In this document: piece after piece, positions 38,529 through 41,792 of the stretch | Layout: every line of letters begins with the position of its first letter | Numbering within the stretch: the stretch's first letter is position 1 | Assembly: GCA_039208735.1 (NCBI GenBank) | Contig: JBCCQY010000073.1 | Coordinates: 1-41,792, forward strand | Direction of reading: 5' to 3' | DNA: 41,792 nucleotides | Source: Myxococcota bacterium | GTDB lineage: Bacteria > Myxococcota_A > UBA796 > GCA-2862545 | Program-made: the position numbers and the translations under genes | Notes under the pieces: model-generated | Databases searched by the model: none | Told to the model about the DNA's origin: nothing | Seen by the model: the letters and a program-made list of their open reading frames with translations, nothing else

Positions 38529-39764
38529 TCAACCAGCGAGGCGGCGCTGGGCTTCGGCCCGCGCCGCCTCGGCGGTCGTGATGATACCGTCGAGCTGCAG
38601 TGCGTAGACCTCGCGAATCAGCTCGCCCATTTTCGGCCCTGGCGCCATTCCGAGTTCCTTGAGATCCCGACCCTGAAGCAGAGGTCGGGGTTTTTCGTGG
38701 AGCACCCCAAGATGGTCTGCACGTTGCCAGGCCTCTGAGCGGTCGGTCTCGGTGAAGGCTTGTTGGACGTGAAGCAAGGTCCAGACTTGGGCACGGGTGG
38801 ATGCCCAACGGAGTTCCGCGTCGGTCGAGACCGGCGCATCGAGGGCTTGCAGGACGGCCAATACGCGGTCACGAACCGGAACTCGACCGAGGGTGTACAT
38901 CCAGAGCCGATCCAGGGTTGCGACGGCCGTGGTTTCGGTCGTTCCGGCAAACCAACCCGCGAGCATGAGGGCCCAGGCGGTTCCTTCGTCTTCGGCCGAG
39001 GCCCGGGCGTGATTGGCCAACGCATCCAGTACGCGGTCTGCGTCGTGACTGGCGATTTCGGGGAATACGCGTGCCAAGACTTGGGTTTGTCGGGCCACGG
39101 CGAAGCCCACCGAAGGTCGGCCTTTCAAAAGAAGTTTGCCCCATTCTCCGGCAATGCGTTCGGCCGGAAGCTCGTCGAGGGCGGCAATGCGGCAAAGGTC
39201 GACCAGAGCGGCATCGACCGAGAACGCAAGCCGGGAGGCGAACTGGACGACGCGGAGGGCCCGTAGTGGGTCCTCCAGAAAGGTTGTGTCGTCGACCGCT
39301 CGAAGCACTCGCGCTTCGAGGTCATCCAGACCGCCGTAGGGGTCCACGATTCTGCCGTCCGCGATGTCGTACATCAGCGCGTTGATCGTGAGGTCGCGTC
39401 GTCGCGCCGCCTCTTCGATCGTCATGTCGGGATCGCCTTCGACCGAGATGCCTCGGTGGCCGGGCCCCGTCTTCGAATCGCGGCGGGGGATTGAGACGTC
39501 GATTTCGGCGTCGTGCTGCGCATGCCGCGGCCGCCATTTGAGAACCCCAAAGGCCTTGCCCACCGCGTTCACTCGCCCCAGTTTGCGAAGGCGAGCCAGA
39601 AGGGTGTCGACGGGCAGGCCGAACACCTCGACATCCCAGTCCTTGACCGGATGGCCGAGAACGTGATCGCGGATGCCGCCGCCCACCACGTAGGCTCGGC
39701 CACCCGCGTCGCGGACGGCATCGGAGAGTCGATGGAGGCTGTCAGGAAGCTCAAGTGGCGTCAT
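38529..39764 (-). CDS. cca: CCA tRNA nucleotidyltransferase (class II), no HD domain seen
   Basis: VGGGIRD...KDWD, flexible loop RRDSKTGPGHRG, RRDLTINA, EDPLR template motif. Confidence 0.85.
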   Translation of the reverse strand: MTPLELPDSLHRLSDAVRDAGGRAYVVGGGIRDHVLGHPVKDWDVEVFGLPVDTLLARLRKLGRVNAVGKAFGVLKWRPRHAQHDAEIDVSIPRRDSKTGPGHRGISVEGDPDMTIEEAARRRDLTINALMYDIADGRIVDPYGGLDDLEARVLRAVDDTTFLEDPLRALRVVQFASRLAFSVDAALVDLCRIAALDELPAERIAGEWGKLLLKGRPSVGFAVARQTQVLARVFPEIASHDADRVLDALANHARASAEDEGTAWALMLAGWFAGTTETTAVATLDRLWMYTLGRVPVRDRVLAVLQALDAPVSTDAELRWASTRAQVWTLLHVQQAFTETDRSEAWQRADHLGVLHEKPRPLLQGRDLKELGMAPGPKMGELIREVYALQLDGIITTAEAARAEAQRRLAG

Positions 39765-39920
39765 CGCGCAGTGCGTAGCGCTACCAACGTCGCTCGTCGA
39801 GGCAAATGCCCTTGGTTTGGCCCCCGTGGCCCACGTTGACAGGCGACGGCCTCGGGATACGGTACCGTGGTCGTCGGAGCACTACCCTGCTTCGTCACCG
39901 CTCTTTGACCGGGTTCAATC

Positions 39921-40382
39921 ATGGCTTCCATACACGAGCCATTCATGCGAGAGGCCCTTGCGCTTGCCGATGAGGCAGCGGAGCACGGGGAGGTCCCCGT
40001 CGGAGCCCTTGTCGTCAAAGACGGCGAGATCATCGGGCGGAGTCACAATCTTCGTGAGACCGACCAAGACCCGACTGCGCATGGTGAGGTCCTCGCGCTG
40101 CGGCAGGCGTCGCAGAAACTGGGTTCGTGGCGTCTTGAGGGCTGCTGGGTCTACGTGACCCTTGAACCGTGCGCCATGTGCGCCGGCGCAATGGTCCTGG
40201 CCCGTGTGGCGGGATGCGTGTACGGCTGCCGTGATCCGAAGGGAGGATTTCTTGGTACGCTCGCGGATTTGTCGCGATGGCCCGGGCTTAATCACCAATT
40301 CGAGGTGATTCCGGACGTGCTTGCAGACGAGGCGAGTGAGCGATTGAAACGCTTTTTTCAGAACCTGCGACAACGAACGTGA
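39921..40382 (+). CDS. tadA: tRNA adenosine(34) deaminase
   Basis: GEVPVGA, DPTAHGE, YVTLEPCAMCAGAM, DPKGG, FFQNLR. Confidence 0.92.
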   Translation: MASIHEPFMREALALADEAAEHGEVPVGALVVKDGEIIGRSHNLRETDQDPTAHGEVLALRQASQKLGSWRLEGCWVYVTLEPCAMCAGAMVLARVAGCVYGCRDPKGGFLGTLADLSRWPGLNHQFEVIPDVLADEASERLKRFFQNLRQRT

Positions 40383-40392
40383 AGAGGATTTT

Positions 40393-40479
40393 GGAGAGAT
40401 GGCCGAGTGGTTGAAGGCGGTAGATTCGAAATCTACTGTGCGTTAACGCGTACCCGGGGTTCGAATCCCCGTCTCTCCG
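40393..40479 (+). tRNA. tRNA-Ser(CGA), CCA not encoded
   Basis: Acceptor GGAGAGA/TCTCTCC plus G discriminator, anticodon arm GTAGA-TTCGAAA-TCTAC, long variable arm, GGTTCGAATCC T-loop. Confidence 0.95.
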
Positions 40480-40509
40480 TACCTTTCGCGAAATCGAAGC
40501 CACCGCACG

Positions 40510-40529
40510 TTGTGCAGATATCTGCACAA
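40510..40529. repeat. Perfect 20-bp palindrome TTGTGCAGATATCTGCACAA
   Basis: Read directly, 30 bp downstream of the tRNA. Confidence 0.85.
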
Positions 40530-40560
40530 AGATAGGCCTCTCGCAAGCGGGGTTTGTGAA

Positions 40561-40717
40561 ATGGGCGGTACGTGGCGGATCTCGAAGGTAGACCGAGCGC
40601 GTGGAGCGTATTGGACGTGCATTCGAGGCCGAGGCGCATCACGGCTTCATCTCTTGCTCAAATACGTCTCCGAAGAGCAAGCGCACCGGGCGCTCCACCA
40701 ACTGCAGCTCGAGGAAG
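40561..40717 (+). pseudogene. Truncated gene stub, possibly an integrase N-terminus
   Basis: MGGTWRISKVDRARGAYWTCIRGRG...KYVSEEQAHRALHQLQLEE (beta-rich then helix) directly after the tRNA, joined to IS5 sequence. Identity is inferred from position and pattern. Confidence 0.3.
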
Positions 40718-41108
40718 ATTCCTCTCGCCTTCCTTCTCACCGGAGGGCAATGCCACGAGTCCCCCCTCTTCCCTGCCTTGATCGATGAGGGGATTGTTCG
40801 GCTCTGGGACCATGGAATCCCGCTTCTCCCGGAGCACTGCGCCGCCGACAAGGGATACGACGCACAGTCCAATCGAGAACACCTGCTCGAGGCAGGCATC
40901 GCTCCTGCTTGCTCGACGAGTGAACTCCCAAGGAAGGGAAGAGCCCTTCGACAAAGCCATCTACCGCAAGCGAAACATCATCGAGCGCATGATCGGATGG
41001 CTCAAGCGTTATCGCCGTGTCGCAACCCGATTCGACAAGTTGGCCGTGTCGTTCCGAGCCACCATTCAAGTCGCCATCATGCTGTTCATCATGCGGATGC
41101 CATTTTGA
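40718..41108 (+). pseudogene. IS5-family transposase remnant, 5'-truncated and frameshifted
   Basis: IPLAFLLTGGQCHES...AADKGYD...GI in one frame, continuing as FDKAIYRKRNIIERMIGWLKRYRRVATRFDK in another; shift near 40905-40915. Confidence 0.85.
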
Positions 41109-41120
41109 TACACGACCTAG
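40718..41120 (+). mobile_element. Partial IS5-family element, right end TTTTGATACACGAC followed by CTAG
   Basis: Transposase remnant followed by an IS5-like end and CTAG target. No matching left end seen. Confidence 0.7.
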
Positions 41121-41651
41121 TCTTGCGGCAAGATCCGGAGGGGACCACCGGAACGTTCGAAACCAATGCATGTCACTTTGGCCTGAGGATTCAGCGGGTG
41201 GGAGCAATATGCGACCAGGTGTGGTTTGGCTGAGCGCCCCCCCTTTGCCTGTACGCCCTGCGAAAGACGCGAAATGACCACGGCCGAACCAAGACGTTTC
41301 TTCGGTGTCCTGGAAGGGGAAAGTCCACTTGAGACTCGCACCTGAATGGACTTCTGAAAGCCGGCTTGCTCCTCAAGCGTGATTCGAGTGTGTAGTTCGA
41401 AATCGCTGTAGTCATTGGGTACCGGAAACGCACCGCCAAGTCGGGGTCGCGGAGGGGGCGGTGGCGGTTGACAATTCGGAGTCACAACCAAGATGTGGGT
41501 GGTCCAACTTGGGCTGGCCACTCCTCGAAGAGGCCCAAACTCCCTTCGCTTACCAGTAGATAGGTCGAATCCCGCAACCCATTCTCCGCCCTCGCGACTC
41601 GCCACGAGCGGCACGTAGATGTCGGTTACCCGGATTGGCCCTTGCCACTGC

Positions 41652-41792
41652 CTAGAGACCTGACCAACAGTCACGCGGCTTCCTTCAGTCGTCCGAGGAC
41701 GAAGCAGTTCGCTACAACCGCGCAAGCCGTAGTGTGGAACTGGTTCTTCTCGACGCCGCGGTAGCGAGCGTATCGCCCTTGGATGGCACCCA
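41652..41792 (-). mobile_element. Right end of a second IS element
   Basis: On the minus strand the transposase stop is followed by CTGTTGGTCAGGTCT then CTAG, a probable terminal repeat and target site. Confidence 0.6.
41671..41792 (-). CDS. C-terminus of a DDE transposase (IS1182/IS5-like), 5' part outside the window
   Basis: Manual translation: ...GAIQGRYARYRGVEKNQFHTTACAVVANCFVLGRLKEAA*; ARYRGxxKN is typical of these transposase C-termini. Confidence 0.75.
   Translation of the reverse strand, partial: GAIQGRYARYRGVEKNQFHTTACAVVANCFVLGRLKEAA

Noticed and set aside
41117..41725. 202-aa minus-strand ORF as an intact gene
   Set aside because: Its start lies inside the second IS and its stop falls in the CTAG at the IS5 end, so it is at most a fragment.

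Overview
GC-rich bacterial DNA, probably Myxococcota (MYXO-CTERM sorting tail, TIGR02147-like regulator, Oar-like receptor). Bases 1 to ~4350 are the right arm of a prophage or integrative element: a pentapeptide-repeat gene running off the left edge, a chain of translationally coupled small genes, a xis-like gene, a tyrosine integrase and att-like repeats. Host genes follow: nudC; a 4278-aa three-module cis-AT type I PKS ([KS-AT-KR-ACP]x3) with no loading or thioesterase domain that ends in a hydrophobic, probably membrane-spanning tail; an HTH/TIGR02147-like gene; an archaeal-type (type 2) valS; slyD; a lipoprotein, LysR and aldehyde dehydrogenase; several envelope proteins (SRPBCC, degenerate ChaN-like, Thr-type sulfatase-like); a TIMP-like gene coupled to a matrixin-PKD-MYXO-CTERM protease, divergent from an Oar-like TonB-dependent receptor with two acidic lipoproteins; then cca, tadA and tRNA-Ser(CGA). 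The window ends in a decayed island after the tRNA (20-bp palindrome, possible integrase stub, truncated IS5, 3' end of a second IS). The best candidate for an undescribed system is the orphan tail-anchored polyol PKS. All domain calls come from reading motifs by eye; no searches were run.
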